Shown here: one piece after another, positions 28,373 to 41,892 of the stretch
Position numbering within the stretch: position 1 is the stretch's first letter
How the letters are laid out: every line of letters starts with the position of its first letter
Origin: Escherichia coli
GTDB taxonomy: Bacteria; Pseudomonadota; Gammaproteobacteria; Enterobacterales; Enterobacteriaceae
Assembly: GCF_046105845.1 (NCBI RefSeq)
Contig: NZ_CP151004.1
Strand: one strand, 5' to 3'
DNA: 64,000 nucleotides
Position numbers and translations under genes: made by a program
Notes under the pieces: model-generated
The model's database searches: none
What the model was told of the DNA's origin: nothing
The model's input: only the letters and a program-made list of their open reading frames with translations

Positions 28373-29437
28373 ATGAAAAACGCCACATGCTTAACTGACG
28401 ATCAACGCTGGCAATCTGTCTTAGCCCGCGACCCGAATGCCGACGGCGAATTCGTTTTCGCCGTGCGCACCACAGGCATCTTTTGCCGTCCGTCTTGCCG
28501 CGCCAGACATGCCTTGCGGGAAAATGTCTCCTTCTACGCAAATGCCAGCGAGGCACTCACCGCCGGATTTCGCCCCTGCAAACGCTGCCAACCCGATAAA
28601 GCCAATGCCCAGCAACATCGGTTGGATAAAATCACCCACGCCTGCCGACTTCTGGAACAGGAAACGCCTGTAACGCTGGGAGCCTTAGCCGATCAGGTGG
28701 CGATGAGTCCGTTCCATCTGCATAGGTTGTTTAAAGCGACTACCGGAATGACGCCTAAAGCCTGGCAACAGGCCTGGCGCGCTCGCCGTTTGCGTGAATC
28801 GCTGGCGAAAGGGGAGAGCGTGACGAGGTCTATTCTTAACGCCGGATTCCCCGACAGCAGCAGTTACTACCGCAAAGCTGACGAAACGCTGGGCATGACG
28901 GCTAAACAATTTCGTCACGGTGGCGAAAATCTGGCGGTGCATTACGCGCTGGCTGATTGTGAGCTGGGCCGGTGCCTGGTGGCAGAAAGCGAGCGGGGGA
29001 TTTGCGCGATATTACTGGGCGATGATGACGGGACATTAATCAGCGAGTTGCAGCAGATGTTTCCCGCTGCCAACAACGCGCCTGCCGATTTGACGTTTCA
29101 ACAACATGTGCGTGAAGTGATCGCCAGCCTCAATCAACGCGATACGCCGCTGACGTTACCGCTGGACATTCGCGGCACTGCTTTTCAGCAACAAGTCTGG
29201 CAGGCACTGCGCACGATACCTTGCGGTGAAACCGTCAGTTATCAGCAACTGGCTAACGCCATCGGCAAACCGAAAGCGGTACGGGCCGTTGCCAGCGCCT
29301 GTGCCGCCAACAAGCTCGCTATCGTTATACCTTGTCATCGGGTGGTCCGTGGTGATGGAGCGCTTTCCGGTTACCGCTGGGGCGAGTCGCGTAAAGCGCA
29401 ACTGCTGCGCCGCGAAGCTGAGAATGAGGAGAGGTAA
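28373..29437 (+). CDS. ada: Ada bifunctional regulator / O6-methylguanine-DNA methyltransferase, 354 aa
   Basis: N-terminal Cys cluster (FCRPSCRARH), C-terminal PCHRV active site. Confidence 0.95.
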   Translation: MKNATCLTDDQRWQSVLARDPNADGEFVFAVRTTGIFCRPSCRARHALRENVSFYANASEALTAGFRPCKRCQPDKANAQQHRLDKITHACRLLEQETPVTLGALADQVAMSPFHLHRLFKATTGMTPKAWQQAWRARRLRESLAKGESVTRSILNAGFPDSSSYYRKADETLGMTAKQFRHGGENLAVHYALADCELGRCLVAESERGICAILLGDDDGTLISELQQMFPAANNAPADLTFQQHVREVIASLNQRDTPLTLPLDIRGTAFQQQVWQALRTIPCGETVSYQQLANAIGKPKAVRAVASACAANKLAIVIPCHRVVRGDGALSGYRWGESRKAQLLRREAENEER

Positions 29438-30087
29438 TGTTGGATCTGTTTGCCGATGCTGAACCGTGGCAAGAGCCACTGGCGGCTGGTGCGGTAATTT
29501 TACGGCGTTTTGCTTTTAACGCTGCGGAGCAACTGATCCGCGATATTAATGACGTTGCCAGCCAGTCGCCGTTTCGCCAGATGGTTACCCCCGGGGGATA
29601 TACCATGTCGGTGGCGATGACCAACTGTGGGCATCTGGGCTGGACGACCCATCGGCAAGGTTATCTCTATTCGCCCATTGATCCGCAAACAAATAAACCG
29701 TGGCCCGCCATGCCGCAGAGTTTTCATAATTTATGTCAACGTGCGGCTACGGCGGCGGGCTATCCAGATTTCCAGCCAGATGCTTGTCTTATCAACCGCT
29801 ACGCTCCTGGCGCGAAACTGTCGCTGCATCAGGATAAAGACGAACCGGATCTGCGCGCGCCGATTGTTTCTGTTTCTCTGGGCTTACCCGCGATTTTTCA
29901 ATTTGGCGGCCTGAAACGAAATGATCCGCTAAAACGTTTGTTGTTGGAACATGGCGATGTGGTGGTATGGGGCGGTGAATCGCGGCTGTTTTATCATGGC
30001 ATTCAACCGTTGAAAGCGGGGTTTCATCCACTCACCACCGACTGCCGCTACAACCTGACATTCCGTCAGGCAGGTAAAAAAGAATAA
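29437..30087 (+). CDS. alkB: Fe(II)/2-oxoglutarate-dependent DNA/RNA demethylase AlkB, 216 aa
   Basis: ATG overlaps the ada stop by 1 nt (TAATG); HxD motif LSLHQDKDE. Confidence 0.95.
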   Translation: MLDLFADAEPWQEPLAAGAVILRRFAFNAAEQLIRDINDVASQSPFRQMVTPGGYTMSVAMTNCGHLGWTTHRQGYLYSPIDPQTNKPWPAMPQSFHNLCQRAATAAGYPDFQPDACLINRYAPGAKLSLHQDKDEPDLRAPIVSVSLGLPAIFQFGGLKRNDPLKRLLLEHGDVVVWGGESRLFYHGIQPLKAGFHPLTTDCRYNLTFRQAGKKE

Positions 30088-30162
30088 AAATAAGAATTAT
30101 TATTGCTGTGCGCGCGAAGATGTTTAAACTGCGGGCTGTAATTCATTGTCCGGGTTTTCTGC

Positions 30163-31806
30163 ATGGAACTTCTTGTACTTGTCTGGCGGCAGTATCGCTG
30201 GCCATTTATCAGTGTGATGGCGCTAAGCCTCGCCAGTGCGGCATTAGGCATTGGCTTAATTGCTTTTATCAATCAGCGCCTTATCGAAACGGCGGATACC
30301 AGTCTGCTGGTGTTGCCGGAGTTTCTGGGATTATTGCTGCTGTTGATGGCAGTCACTCTCGGATCGCAACTGGCGCTCACCACTTTAGGACATCACTTCG
30401 TTTACCGACTGCGTAGTGAATTTATCAAGCGAATTCTCGATACCCACGTCGAGCGCATTGAACAACTTGGTAGCGCCTCGTTGTTGGCGGGGTTAACCAG
30501 CGATGTGCGCAATATCACCATTGCTTTTGTGCGTCTGCCGGAACTGGTGCAGGGGATCATCCTCACTATCGGTTCCGCGGCGTACTTGTGGATGCTGTCG
30601 GGCAAAATGTTGCTGGTAACGGCTATCTGGATGGCAGTCACCATCTGGGGCGGTTTTGTGCTGGTGGCGCGGGTTTACAAACATATGGCGACCCTGCGTG
30701 AAACCGAAGACAAGCTGTACACGGATTTTCAAACCGTACTCGAAGGGCGCAAAGAGCTGACTCTGAACCGTGAACGCGCCGAGTATGTGTTTAACAACCT
30801 CTACATTCCTGATGCGCAAGAGTATCGCCATCATATTATCCGCGCAGACACCTTCCATCTTAGTGCCGTGAACTGGTCAAACATCATGATGCTGGGCGCT
30901 ATCGGCCTGGTGTTCTGGATGGCGAACAGTCTCGGTTGGGCTGATACCAACGTTGCCGCGACCTATTCGTTGACGCTGTTATTCCTGCGTACGCCGCTGC
31001 TTTCGGCGGTTGGCGCATTACCGACGCTGCTGACGGCGCAGGTGGCGTTTAACAAGCTGAACAAATTCGCGCTCGCGCCTTTCAAAGCAGAGTTTCCGCG
31101 CCCGCAGGCGTTTCCCAACTGGCAAACGCTGGAGCTGCGTAACGTGACGTTTGCTTATCAGGATAACGCGTTTTCCGTTGGTCCGATTAATCTCACCATC
31201 AAACGTGGCGAGCTGCTGTTTCTGATTGGTGGCAACGGTAGTGGAAAATCGACGCTGGCGATGTTGCTGACGGGCTTGTATCAGCCACAAAGCGGCGAAA
31301 TCTTGCTGGATGACAACCCTGTCAGCGGCGAACAACCGGAAGATTATCGCAAACTGTTTTCGGCAGTGTTTACCGATGTCTGGCTGTTTGATCAACTGCT
31401 GGGGCCGGAGGGGCAACCCGCTAACCCGCAACTGGTTGAGAAGTGGCTGGCGCAGCTGAAAATGGCTCATAAGCTTGAGTTAAGTAACGGGCGTATTGTT
31501 AACCTGAAGTTATCGAAAGGGCAGAAAAAACGCGTGGCGCTGTTGCTGGCGCTGGCAGAAGAACGCGATATTATCCTGCTGGATGAATGGGCGGCGGATC
31601 AGGATCCACACTTCCGTCGTGAGTTTTATCAGGTGTTGCTGCCGCTGATGCAGGAGATGGGTAAAACTATTTTCGCCATCAGTCATGATGATCATTACTT
31701 TATCCACGCCGACCGCCTGCTGGAAATGCGCAACGGGCAACTTAGCGAGCTGACAGGCGAAGAGCGCGATGCTGCTTCGCGTGATGCCGTTGCCCGGACG
31801 GCATAA
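30163..31806 (+). CDS. yojI: ABC-type exporter YojI (fused permease/ATPase), 547 aa
   Basis: N-terminal TM domain, Walker [10 protein letters not shown] and ABC signature LSKGQKKR. Confidence 0.9.
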   Translation: MELLVLVWRQYRWPFISVMALSLASAALGIGLIAFINQRLIETADTSLLVLPEFLGLLLLLMAVTLGSQLALTTLGHHFVYRLRSEFIKRILDTHVERIEQLGSASLLAGLTSDVRNITIAFVRLPELVQGIILTIGSAAYLWMLSGKMLLVTAIWMAVTIWGGFVLVARVYKHMATLRETEDKLYTDFQTVLEGRKELTLNRERAEYVFNNLYIPDAQEYRHHIIRADTFHLSAVNWSNIMMLGAIGLVFWMANSLGWADTNVAATYSLTLLFLRTPLLSAVGALPTLLTAQVAFNKLNKFALAPFKAEFPRPQAFPNWQTLELRNVTFAYQDNAFSVGPINLTIKRGELLFLIGGNGSGKSTLAMLLTGLYQPQSGEILLDDNPVSGEQPEDYRKLFSAVFTDVWLFDQLLGPEGQPANPQLVEKWLAQLKMAHKLELSNGRIVNLKLSKGQKKRVALLLALAEERDIILLDEWAADQDPHFRREFYQVLLPLMQEMGKTIFAISHDDHYFIHADRLLEMRNGQLSELTGEERDAASRDAVARTA

Positions 31807-31818
31807 TATTACGACGCT

Positions 31819-31845
31819 GACCTGGCGGACTGCTGTCGCCAGGTC
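31819..31845 (+). terminator. Stem-loop downstream of yojI (possible terminator; no clear U-tract)
   Basis: gacctggcgg-actgctgt-cgccaggtc perfect 9-bp stem. Confidence 0.4.
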
Positions 31846-32011
31846 AATATGCTAAAAATCCCTTCATTTCTAATAACCCTATAATTAATCAACGAAACTA
31901 TAATGTTTCTAAAATTAGAATATAATTTATAAACATTATTTAAATGTTGTTACTTAAGTGTTACCGTTGATGCCGCGCAAATCTCACCTGCAATAAAGCG
32001 ACTAAAAGTAA

Positions 32012-33670
<1,659 letters not shown>

Positions 33671-33675
33671 TGATG

Positions 33676-33798
33676 TGCCACATCCGGCATGGTATGCCGG
33701 ATGTGGCGTATGCAGATAAGACGCGTCAGCGTCGCATCAGTCAACCGGCTCGGGCGTTAGATGTCGGATGCGGCGTGACCGCCTTATCCGACCTACGG
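33676..33798. repeat. BIME/REP cluster between convergent mqo and eco
   Basis: Palindrome gccacatccggcat-ggt-atgccggatgtggc followed by further REP units (cagataagacgcgtcagcgtcgcatc; gatgtcggatgcggcgtgaccgccttatccgacctac). Confidence 0.8.
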
Positions 33799-33819
33799 GG
33801 TGGAGCACTTCACGGCAGT

Positions 33820-34308
33820 TTAGCGGACTACCGCGTTGTCAATTTTCTCTTCCGCCTTCCAGATGCGGTACTTCACATCCACATTGTCTGGCGTATACAC
33901 CACGATCGGCAGCTTGCTGTTATAACGCAGCATTCCGGCATCGCCCAGATACGCGGTGACAAATTTCTTCTCTTTCTTGCCATCCGGGCAGGCCATCATC
34001 GTGGAAACCGGCGAGCTAACTTTATCAAAGACGTAATAATCATAGCCCCAGCCTTCCAGCGTTTTGCTTTCCAGCTTCCCGCCGAGACGATGCAAATTGC
34101 AATCGACTTCCAGCGTCTGGCCGATTAACAGTTCTACTTTCAGGGTAGATTCATCTTCTTGCGGGGTTAACTGAATCACCTGACGCTTCATGCCTTTTTC
34201 AGCTTGTGGATAAGGCGCGATTTTTTCCAGTGGCTGGACGCTTTCTGCCGCCCAGGCGGAAGTGGTAGCGAAAGCGGCAAACAATACTGCAGGTAGAATG
34301 GTCTTCAT
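33820..34308 (-). CDS. eco: Ecotin (periplasmic serine protease inhibitor), 162 aa
   Basis: ORF track 33820..34329; start set at ATG 34308 ([20 protein letters not shown]...). Confidence 0.93.
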   Translation of the reverse strand: MKTILPAVLFAAFATTSAWAAESVQPLEKIAPYPQAEKGMKRQVIQLTPQEDESTLKVELLIGQTLEVDCNLHRLGGKLESKTLEGWGYDYYVFDKVSSPVSTMMACPDGKKEKKFVTAYLGDAGMLRYNSKLPIVVYTPDNVDVKYRIWKAEEKIDNAVVR

Positions 34309-34567
34309 TTTTTTGCTTTCCTTCTTCATTTATAGGTTTTCACCGATGATGTCGCTGAAGGTTAACATATTCATCAGATTTATTAATTTGCTTTATGAAT
34401 AACTTAAAGAACATTCAGATAATTTTACCTGCTCTTTTAGTGTTAAATTCTGATGAGGGAGCAAACCAGCAGAAATATCTCTGGTGAATTAATCGCTATA
34501 TAAATATGTTTATAACCATTTGAAATGTGAGCAAAAGCCCGTTTTTGCCACGCTTCCCGCCACTCTT

Positions 34568-34602
34568 TTGATCCTGCTACAGGTTTTACCCCGATCGGGG
34601 TA
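34568..34602 (+). promoter_or_regulatory. napF control region: FNR-like site and NarP/NarL 7-2-7 palindrome
   Basis: TTGATcctgCTACA (34568-34581) lies 20 bp upstream of the perfect palindrome TACCCCGATCGGGGTA (34587-34602); a TAATAT -10 candidate sits at 34623-34628. Confidence 0.8.
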
Positions 34603-34715
34603 TGCATCTTTGACACATCCTTTAATATCTTAGCGGCTATAAAAATGGCTTATTAATTATGCGGTTTATTTGGTCGCTCTCAATTTTCAGAGCGCGTTAA
34701 TGATGGAAGGTCAAT

Positions 34716-35210
34716 GTGAAGATTGATGCATCCCGTCGGGGCATACTCACTGGTCGCTGGCGCAAAGCCAGTAACGGTATCCGTCCGCCCTGGTCCGGTG
34801 ATGAATCTCATTTTCTGACCCATTGCACCCGCTGCGACGCCTGTATTAATGCTTGTGAAAACAACATTCTGCAACGCGGCGCGGGCGGCTATCCGAGCGT
34901 TAACTTCAAAAATAACGAGTGCAGCTTCTGTTACGCCTGCGCGCAGGCTTGCCCCGAATCGCTATTTTCTCCGCGCCACACCAGGGCCTGGGATTTGCAG
35001 TTCACCATTGGGGACGCGTGCCTGGCGTATCAGTCAGTTGAATGCCGCCGCTGTCAGGATAGCTGTGAGCCAATGGCAATTATCTTTCGCCCGACGCTCT
35101 CCGGGATCTACCAGCCGCAACTTAATAGCCAACTTTGCAACGGATGTGGAGCATGTGCAGCCAGCTGTCCGGTATCAGCCATAACTGCGGAGTATCTCCA
35201 TGCACACTAA
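34716..35210 (+). CDS. napF: Ferredoxin-type protein NapF, 164 aa
   Basis: GTG start; four Cys-cluster motifs; first gene of the nap operon. Confidence 0.93.
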   Translation: MKIDASRRGILTGRWRKASNGIRPPWSGDESHFLTHCTRCDACINACENNILQRGAGGYPSVNFKNNECSFCYACAQACPESLFSPRHTRAWDLQFTIGDACLAYQSVECRRCQDSCEPMAIIFRPTLSGIYQPQLNSQLCNGCGACAASCPVSAITAEYLHAH

Positions 35211-35463
35211 CTGGCAAGTTTGCAGCCTGGTCGTGCAGGCCAAAAGCGAACGAATTTCAGACATCAGCACCCAACTGAACGCCTTTCCCGGCTGTGAAGT
35301 TGCTGTCAGCGACGCGCCGAGCGGTCAGTTGATTGTGGTGGTGGAAGCAGAAGACAGCGAAACGCTGATCCAAACCATTGAGTCAGTACGCAACGTAGAG
35401 GGCGTGCTGGCGGTGTCGCTGGTTTATCACCAGCAGGAAGAGCAAGGTGAGGAAACACCATGA
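35200..35463 (+). CDS. napD: NapA chaperone NapD, 87 aa
   Basis: Small ORF overlapping napF by 11 nt and napA by 4 nt. Confidence 0.92.
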   Translation: MHTNWQVCSLVVQAKSERISDISTQLNAFPGCEVAVSDAPSGQLIVVVEAEDSETLIQTIESVRNVEGVLAVSLVYHQQEEQGEETP

Positions 35464-37946
35464 AACTCAGTCGTCGTAGCTTTATGAAAGCTAACGCCGT
35501 TGCGGCCGCTGCGGCGGCTGCCGGTCTCAGCGTGCCGGGCGTTGCCCGCGCCGTTGTTGGTCAGCAGGAAGCCATTAAATGGGATAAAGCGCCGTGCCGT
35601 TTCTGCGGTACTGGTTGCGGCGTTCTGGTCGGAACGCAGCAGGGGCGTGTGGTGGCCTGTCAGGGCGACCCGGACGCACCGGTTAACCGTGGTCTGAACT
35701 GCATTAAGGGCTATTTCCTGCCCAAGATCATGTACGGTAAAGACCGTTTGACGCAGCCGCTGCTGCGTATGAAAAACGGTAAATATGACAAAGAAGGCGA
35801 ATTTACCCCAATCACCTGGGATCAGGCCTTCGATGTGATGGAAGAGAAATTCAAAACCGCCCTGAAAGAAAAAGGGCCGGAATCGATCGGTATGTTCGGT
35901 TCTGGTCAGTGGACTATCTGGGAAGGTTATGCCGCGTCCAAGCTGTTTAAAGCGGGCTTCCGTTCGAACAACATCGACCCGAACGCGCGTCACTGTATGG
36001 CGTCGGCAGTAGTTGGCTTTATGCGTACCTTTGGTATGGATGAGCCGATGGGCTGCTATGACGACATCGAGCAGGCTGACGCGTTTGTGCTGTGGGGCGC
36101 AAACATGGCGGAGATGCACCCGATCCTCTGGTCGCGCATCACTAACCGTCGTCTCTCTAACCAGAACGTTACCGTGGCGGTGCTTTCTACCTACCAGCAT
36201 CGTAGCTTCGAGCTGGCAGATAACGGCATCATCTTTACGCCGCAATCTGACCTGGTGATCCTGAACTATATCGCCAACTATATCATTCAAAACAATGCGA
36301 TAAATCAGGACTTCTTCAGCAAACACGTTAACCTGCGCAAAGGGGCGACGGACATCGGCTACGGTTTACGTCCGACCCATCCGCTGGAAAAAGCAGCGAA
36401 GAATCCAGGTTCTGACGCCTCCGAACCGATGAGCTTTGAAGATTACAAAGCCTTCGTTGCCGAGTATACGCTGGAAAAAACCGCCGAAATGACTGGCGTA
36501 CCAAAAGATCAGCTGGAACAACTGGCGCAGCTGTATGCCGATCCGAACAAGAAAGTCATCTCCTACTGGACGATGGGCTTCAACCAGCATACTCGTGGCG
36601 TGTGGGCCAACAACCTGGTCTACAACCTGCACCTGCTGACCGGCAAAATTTCCCAGCCGGGTTGCGGTCCGTTCTCCCTGACCGGGCAGCCTTCCGCGTG
36701 TGGTACTGCGCGTGAAGTGGGCACCTTTGCTCACCGTCTGCCTGCGGACATGGTGGTGACTAACGAGAAACATCGTGATATCTGCGAGAAGAAGTGGAAT
36801 ATCCCGAGCGGCACCATTCCGGCAAAAATCGGTCTGCATGCGGTAGCACAAGACCGTGCACTGAAAGACGGCAAGCTGAATGTTTACTGGACCATGTGTA
36901 CCAACAACATGCAGGCCGGGCCGAACATCAATGAAGAGCGTATGCCGGGCTGGCGCGATCCGCGCAATTTCATCATCGTCTCCGATCCGTATCCGACAGT
37001 CAGTGCGCTGGCAGCGGACTTGATCCTGCCGACCGCAATGTGGGTAGAAAAAGAGGGCGCTTACGGTAACGCCGAACGCCGTACTCAGTTCTGGCGTCAG
37101 CAGGTACAGGCACCGGGCGAAGCGAAATCGGATCTCTGGCAGTTAGTCCAGTTCTCCCGCCGCTTCAAAACTGAAGAAGTATGGCCGGAAGAGCTGCTGG
37201 CGAAGAAACCGGAACTGCGTGGCAAAACGCTGTACGAAGTTCTGTATGCCACCCCGGAAGTGAGCAAATACCCTGTATCCGAACTGGCGGAAGATCAGCT
37301 GAACGATGAATCCCGCGAGCTGGGCTTCTATCTGCAAAAAGGGCTGTTCGAAGAGTACGCATGGTTTGGTCGCGGTCACGGTCACGATCTGGCACCGTTC
37401 GATGACTACCACAAAGCGCGCGGTCTGCGCTGGCCGGTGGTGAACGGTAAAGAAACACAGTGGCGTTACAGCGAAGGTAACGACCCGTACGTGAAAGCGG
37501 GCGAAGGCTATAAGTTCTACGGTAAACCGGATGGCAAAGCGGTGATCTTCGCACTGCCGTTCGAACCGGCGGCGGAAGCACCGGATGAAGAGTACGACCT
37601 GTGGCTCTCTACCGGACGCGTCCTGGAGCACTGGCACACCGGCAGTATGACTCGCCGTGTGCCGGAACTGCACCGCGCCTTCCCGGAAGCGGTCCTGTTT
37701 ATTCACCCGCTGGATGCGAAAGCGCGCGATCTGCGCCGTGGCGACAAAGTGAAAGTGGTTTCTCGCCGTGGCGAAGTGATCTCGATTGTCGAAACGCGCG
37801 GTCGTAACCGTCCGCCGCAGGGCCTGGTGTACATGCCGTTCTTCGACGCCGCACAGCTGGTTAACAAACTGACGCTGGATGCGACCGATCCGCTCTCGAA
37901 AGAGACGGACTTCAAGAAGTGCGCGGTCAAACTGGAGAAGGTGTAA
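35460..37946 (+). CDS. napA: Periplasmic nitrate reductase catalytic subunit NapA, 828 aa
   Basis: Tat signal SRRSFMK; [4Fe-4S] motif [10 protein letters not shown]; molybdopterin oxidoreductase. Confidence 0.96.
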   Translation: MKLSRRSFMKANAVAAAAAAAGLSVPGVARAVVGQQEAIKWDKAPCRFCGTGCGVLVGTQQGRVVACQGDPDAPVNRGLNCIKGYFLPKIMYGKDRLTQPLLRMKNGKYDKEGEFTPITWDQAFDVMEEKFKTALKEKGPESIGMFGSGQWTIWEGYAASKLFKAGFRSNNIDPNARHCMASAVVGFMRTFGMDEPMGCYDDIEQADAFVLWGANMAEMHPILWSRITNRRLSNQNVTVAVLSTYQHRSFELADNGIIFTPQSDLVILNYIANYIIQNNAINQDFFSKHVNLRKGATDIGYGLRPTHPLEKAAKNPGSDASEPMSFEDYKAFVAEYTLEKTAEMTGVPKDQLEQLAQLYADPNKKVISYWTMGFNQHTRGVWANNLVYNLHLLTGKISQPGCGPFSLTGQPSACGTAREVGTFAHRLPADMVVTNEKHRDICEKKWNIPSGTIPAKIGLHAVAQDRALKDGKLNVYWTMCTNNMQAGPNINEERMPGWRDPRNFIIVSDPYPTVSALAADLILPTAMWVEKEGAYGNAERRTQFWRQQVQAPGEAKSDLWQLVQFSRRFKTEEVWPEELLAKKPELRGKTLYEVLYATPEVSKYPVSELAEDQLNDESRELGFYLQKGLFEEYAWFGRGHGHDLAPFDDYHKARGLRWPVVNGKETQWRYSEGNDPYVKAGEGYKFYGKPDGKAVIFALPFEPAAEAPDEEYDLWLSTGRVLEHWHTGSMTRRVPELHRAFPEAVLFIHPLDAKARDLRRGDKVKVVSRRGEVISIVETRGRNRPPQGLVYMPFFDAAQLVNKLTLDATDPLSKETDFKKCAVKLEKV

Positions 37947-37952
37947 GCCATT

Positions 37953-38648
37953 ATGTCCCGGTCAGCGAAACCTCAAAATGGTCGCCGCCGCTTTCTGCGC
38001 GATGTCGTTCGCACAGCTGGCGGGCTGGCTGCCGTGGGTGTGGCGCTGGGGTTACAACAGCAAACCGCACGCGCATCTGGCGTGCGGTTGCGCCCGCCCG
38101 GAGCCATAAACGAGAACGCCTTTGCCAGTGCCTGTGTGCGTTGCGGTCAGTGTGTTCAGGCTTGCCCTTACGACACCTTAAAACTGGCGACGCTGGCCTC
38201 TGGCCTGTCGGCGGGCACGCCATATTTTGTCGCACGGGATATTCCTTGCGAAATGTGTGAGGACATTCCGTGCGCCAAAGTGTGCCCGAGCGGTGCGCTG
38301 GATCGTGAGATCGAATCGATCGACGACGCGCGGATGGGGCTGGCGGTGCTGGTGGACCAGGAAAACTGTCTCAACTTTCAGGGGCTGCGCTGTGATGTTT
38401 GTTATCGCGAATGCCCGAAAATTGATGAGGCCATCACCCTGGAGCTGGAGCGCAACACGCGTACCGGTAAGCACGCCCGCTTTCTGCCGACGGTTCACAG
38501 CGACGCCTGTACCGGTTGCGGTAAGTGCGAAAAAGTATGCGTGCTGGAACAACCGGCAATCAAGGTGTTACCGCTGTCACTGGCGAAAGGGGAGTTAGGT
38601 CACCATTACCGCTTCGGCTGGCTGGAGGGGAACAATGGCAAATCGTAA
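37953..38648 (+). CDS. napG: Ferredoxin-type protein NapG, 231 aa
   Basis: Tat-like RRRFLR N-terminus; multiple CxxCxxCxxxCP clusters. Confidence 0.93.
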
Positions 38649-39498
38649 ACGTGACGCCGGGCGCGAGGCGCTGGAGAAAAAAGGCTGGTGGCGCAGCCAC
38701 CGTTGGCTGGTGTTACGTCGCCTTTGTCAGTTCTTCGTGCTGGGGATGTTTTTGAGCGGTCCGTGGTTTGGTGTGTGGATCTTGCACGGCAACTACAGCA
38801 GTAGCCTGTTATTCGACACCGTTCCGCTGACCGATCCGCTGATGACGCTGCAAAGTCTTGCCAGCGGTCATCTGCCTGCCACGGTGGCGTTGACCGGTGC
38901 GGTGATTATCACCGTGCTCTACGCGCTGGCAGGAAAGCGATTATTTTGCAGCTGGGTCTGCCCGCTGAATCCGATTACCGACTTAGCAAACTGGTTACGC
39001 AGGCGCTTTGACCTCAATCAGTCTGCGACGATCCCTCGCCACATTCGCTACGTGCTGTTGGTGGTCATTCTGCTGGGATCGGCCTTAACCGGCACGCTCA
39101 TCTGGGAATGGATCAACCCCGTTTCCCTGATGGGGCGCAGTCTGGTAATGGGATTCGGCAGCGGCGCGCTGCTTATTCTCGCGCTGTTTTTATTTGATCT
39201 ACTGGTCGTTGAACACGGCTGGTGCGGGCACATTTGTCCGGTTGGCGCGCTGTATGGCGTGCTGGGTAGCAAAGGTGTGATTACCGTTGCGGCCACCGAT
39301 CGGCAGAAATGTAACCGCTGTATGGATTGTTTTCATGTTTGCCCGGAACCGCATGTGCTACGTGCCCCGGTGCTGGATGAACAAAGCCCGGTGCAGGTCA
39401 CCAGCCGCGATTGCATGACGTGCGGTCGCTGCGTGGATGTCTGTTCTGAGGATGTATTTACAATAACTACACGATGGAGTTCGGGAGCGAAATCATGA
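38635..39498 (+). CDS. napH: Membrane-bound ferredoxin-type protein NapH, 287 aa
   Basis: TM segments plus C-terminal Cys clusters; overlaps napG by 14 nt. Confidence 0.93.
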
Positions 39499-39944
39499 AA
39501 AGCCATGACCTGAAGAAAGCGCTGTGTCAATGGACGGCGATGCTGGCCCTGGTGGTAAGCGGCGCGGTTTGGGCGGCTAATGGCGTCGATTTTAGCCAGT
39601 CGCCGGAAGTATCCGGGACACAGGAAGGGGCCATTCGGATGCCAAAAGAGCAGGAACGGATGCCGCTGAACTATGTGAATCAGCCGCCAATGATCCCGCA
39701 TAGCGTTGAAGGTTATCAGGTAACGACCAATACCAACCGCTGCTTGCAGTGCCACGGTGTCGAAAGCTATCGCACCACTGGCGCGCCGCGTATCAGTCCT
39801 ACTCACTTTATGGACAGCGACGGCAAAGTGGGCGCGGAAGTGGCTCCGCGTCGTTATTTCTGTCTGCAATGTCACGTACCGCAGGCCGATACCGCGCCAA
39901 TCGTGGGGAATACCTTTACCCCATCAAAAGGTTACGGGAAATAA
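39495..39944 (+). CDS. napB: Dihaem cytochrome c NapB, 149 aa
   Basis: ORF track 39474..39944; start set at ATG 39495 (MKSHDLKK...); two CxxCH motifs (CLQCH, CLQCH). Confidence 0.93.
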   Translation: MKSHDLKKALCQWTAMLALVVSGAVWAANGVDFSQSPEVSGTQEGAIRMPKEQERMPLNYVNQPPMIPHSVEGYQVTTNTNRCLQCHGVESYRTTGAPRISPTHFMDSDGKVGAEVAPRRYFCLQCHVPQADTAPIVGNTFTPSKGYGK

Positions 39945-39953
39945 GAGGTTATT

Positions 39954-40556
39954 ATGGGAAATTCTGACCGTAAGCCTGGTCTGATTAAGCGCCTGTGGAA
40001 ATGGTGGCGTACCCCCAGCCGTCTGGCGCTGGGGACGCTGCTGTTGATCGGTTTTGTCGGCGGCATCGTCTTCTGGGGCGGCTTTAACACCGGGATGGAA
40101 AAAGCCAATACCGAAGAGTTCTGCATTAGCTGCCACGAAATGCGTAACACGGTGTATCAGGAATACATGGATTCCGTGCACTACAACAACCGTAGCGGCG
40201 TCCGTGCGACCTGTCCGGATTGTCACGTTCCGCACGAGTTTGTGCCGAAGATGATACGCAAGCTCAAAGCAAGTAAAGAGCTGTATGGTAAAATTTTTGG
40301 CGTTATTGACACGCCGCAGAAATTTGAAGCTCATCGCCTGACGATGGCACAGAATGAGTGGCGGCGCATGAAGGACAATAACTCGCAGGAGTGCCGTAAC
40401 TGTCACAACTTCGAGTATATGGATACAACCGCCCAGAAATCGGTTGCCGCGAAAATGCATGACCAGGCGGTGAAAGATGGGCAAACCTGTATTGATTGCC
40501 ATAAAGGGATAGCGCACAAGCTGCCCGATATGCGCGAAGTCGAGCCAGGTTTTTAA
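39954..40556 (+). CDS. napC: Tetrahaem cytochrome c NapC (NapC/NirT family), 200 aa
   Basis: Four CxxCH motifs (CISCH, CPDCH, CRNCH, CIDCH); N-terminal membrane anchor. Confidence 0.95.
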   Translation: MGNSDRKPGLIKRLWKWWRTPSRLALGTLLLIGFVGGIVFWGGFNTGMEKANTEEFCISCHEMRNTVYQEYMDSVHYNNRSGVRATCPDCHVPHEFVPKMIRKLKASKELYGKIFGVIDTPQKFEAHRLTMAQNEWRRMKDNNSQECRNCHNFEYMDTTAQKSVAAKMHDQAVKDGQTCIDCHKGIAHKLPDMREVEPGF

Positions 40557-40568
40557 CAGGGTTATTGC

Positions 40569-41192
40569 GTGGGTATGCTTGAAGCCAGAGAGTTACTTTG
40601 CGAGCGGGATGAACGAACCTTATTTAGTGGCTTGTCATTTACGCTGAACGCAGGAGAGTGGGTACAAATCACCGGTAGCAACGGCGCGGGGAAGACAACG
40701 CTTCTCCGTTTGCTGACGGGGTTGTCTCGCCCTGATGCGGGTGACGTTCTCTGGCAAGGGCAGCCCTTGCATCAGGTACGCGACAGCTACCATCAAAACC
40801 TGTTATGGATAGGGCATCAGCCGGGGATCAAAACCCGGCTGACGGCGTTAGAAAATCTGCACTTTTATCATCGCGATGGCGATACCGCACAATGTCTGGA
40901 AGCCCTGGCGCAGGCTGGGCTTGCCGGATTCGAAGATATTCCGGTAAATCAACTTTCTGCCGGGCAACAACGCCGCGTCGCTTTAGCGCGTCTGTGGCTG
41001 ACCCGTGCCACGTTATGGATCCTCGACGAGCCTTTTACCGCGATTGACGTTAACGGCGTCGATCGTCTGACCCAGCGTATGGCGCAGCATACGGAGCAGG
41101 GGGGGATTGTGATTCTGACTACCCACCAGCCGCTCAACGTTGCTGAAAGTAAAATTCGCCGCATTTCACTGACGCAAACGAGGGCCGCATGA
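40569..41192 (+). CDS. ccmA: Haem exporter ATPase CcmA, 207 aa
   Basis: GTG start; Walker [10 protein letters not shown]. Confidence 0.93.
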   Translation: MGMLEARELLCERDERTLFSGLSFTLNAGEWVQITGSNGAGKTTLLRLLTGLSRPDAGDVLWQGQPLHQVRDSYHQNLLWIGHQPGIKTRLTALENLHFYHRDGDTAQCLEALAQAGLAGFEDIPVNQLSAGQQRRVALARLWLTRATLWILDEPFTAIDVNGVDRLTQRMAQHTEQGGIVILTTHQPLNVAESKIRRISLTQTRAA

Positions 41193-41851
41193 TGTTCTGG
41201 CGCATTTTCCGTCTTGAGCTGCGCGTGGCGTTTCGCCACAGCGCCGAAATCGCCAACCCGCTGTGGTTCTTCCTGATTGTCATTACCCTTTTTCCGCTCA
41301 GTATCGGTCCGGAGCCGCAACTGCTGGCGCGTATTGCACCGGGCGTTATCTGGGTTGCCGCACTGCTTTCATCCTTGCTGGCACTGGAGCGACTGTTCCG
41401 TGACGATTTGCAGGACGGCAGTCTTGAACAATTGATGTTGTTGCCGTTACCCTTGCCCGCCGTTGTGTTGGCGAAGGTGATGGCGCACTGGATGGTAACC
41501 GGTCTGCCGTTACTTATCCTTTCGCCCCTGGTAGCAATGCTACTGGGAATGGATGTTTATGGCTGGCAAGTGATGGCGCTGACGCTACTGCTGGGAACCC
41601 CTACGCTTGGCTTTCTCGGAGCACCGGGCGTGGCGCTGACAGTGGGACTTAAGCGCGGTGGTGTGCTGCTCAGCATTCTCGTATTACCGCTGACTATCCC
41701 ATTACTCATCTTTGCCACCGCCGCGATGGACGCGGCTTCTATGCATTTGCCCGTTGATGGGTATCTGGCAATTTTAGGCGCGTTGCTGGCAGGCACCGCG
41801 ACATTAAGTCCTTTTGCGACGGCGGCAGCGTTACGAATCAGCATTCAATAA
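41189..41851 (+). CDS. ccmB: Haem exporter membrane subunit CcmB, 220 aa
   Basis: Polytopic membrane ORF overlapping ccmA by 4 nt. Confidence 0.93.
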   Translation: MMFWRIFRLELRVAFRHSAEIANPLWFFLIVITLFPLSIGPEPQLLARIAPGVIWVAALLSSLLALERLFRDDLQDGSLEQLMLLPLPLPAVVLAKVMAHWMVTGLPLLILSPLVAMLLGMDVYGWQVMALTLLLGTPTLGFLGAPGVALTVGLKRGGVLLSILVLPLTIPLLIFATAAMDAASMHLPVDGYLAILGALLAGTATLSPFATAAALRISIQ

Positions 41852-41892
41852 CGCTGGATTACTGATTTTTGTTCGAGTCTGGTATCGAAACT

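Noticed and set aside
35427-36326. 299-aa minus-strand ORF inside napA, and similar long antisense ORFs in gyrA (594..1214), ccmF (44001..44750) and yejO (49546..50016)
   Set aside because: These are antisense or alternative-frame ORFs inside well-supported genes, with low-complexity Arg/His/Cys-rich translations typical of non-coding frames in GC-rich coding DNA.
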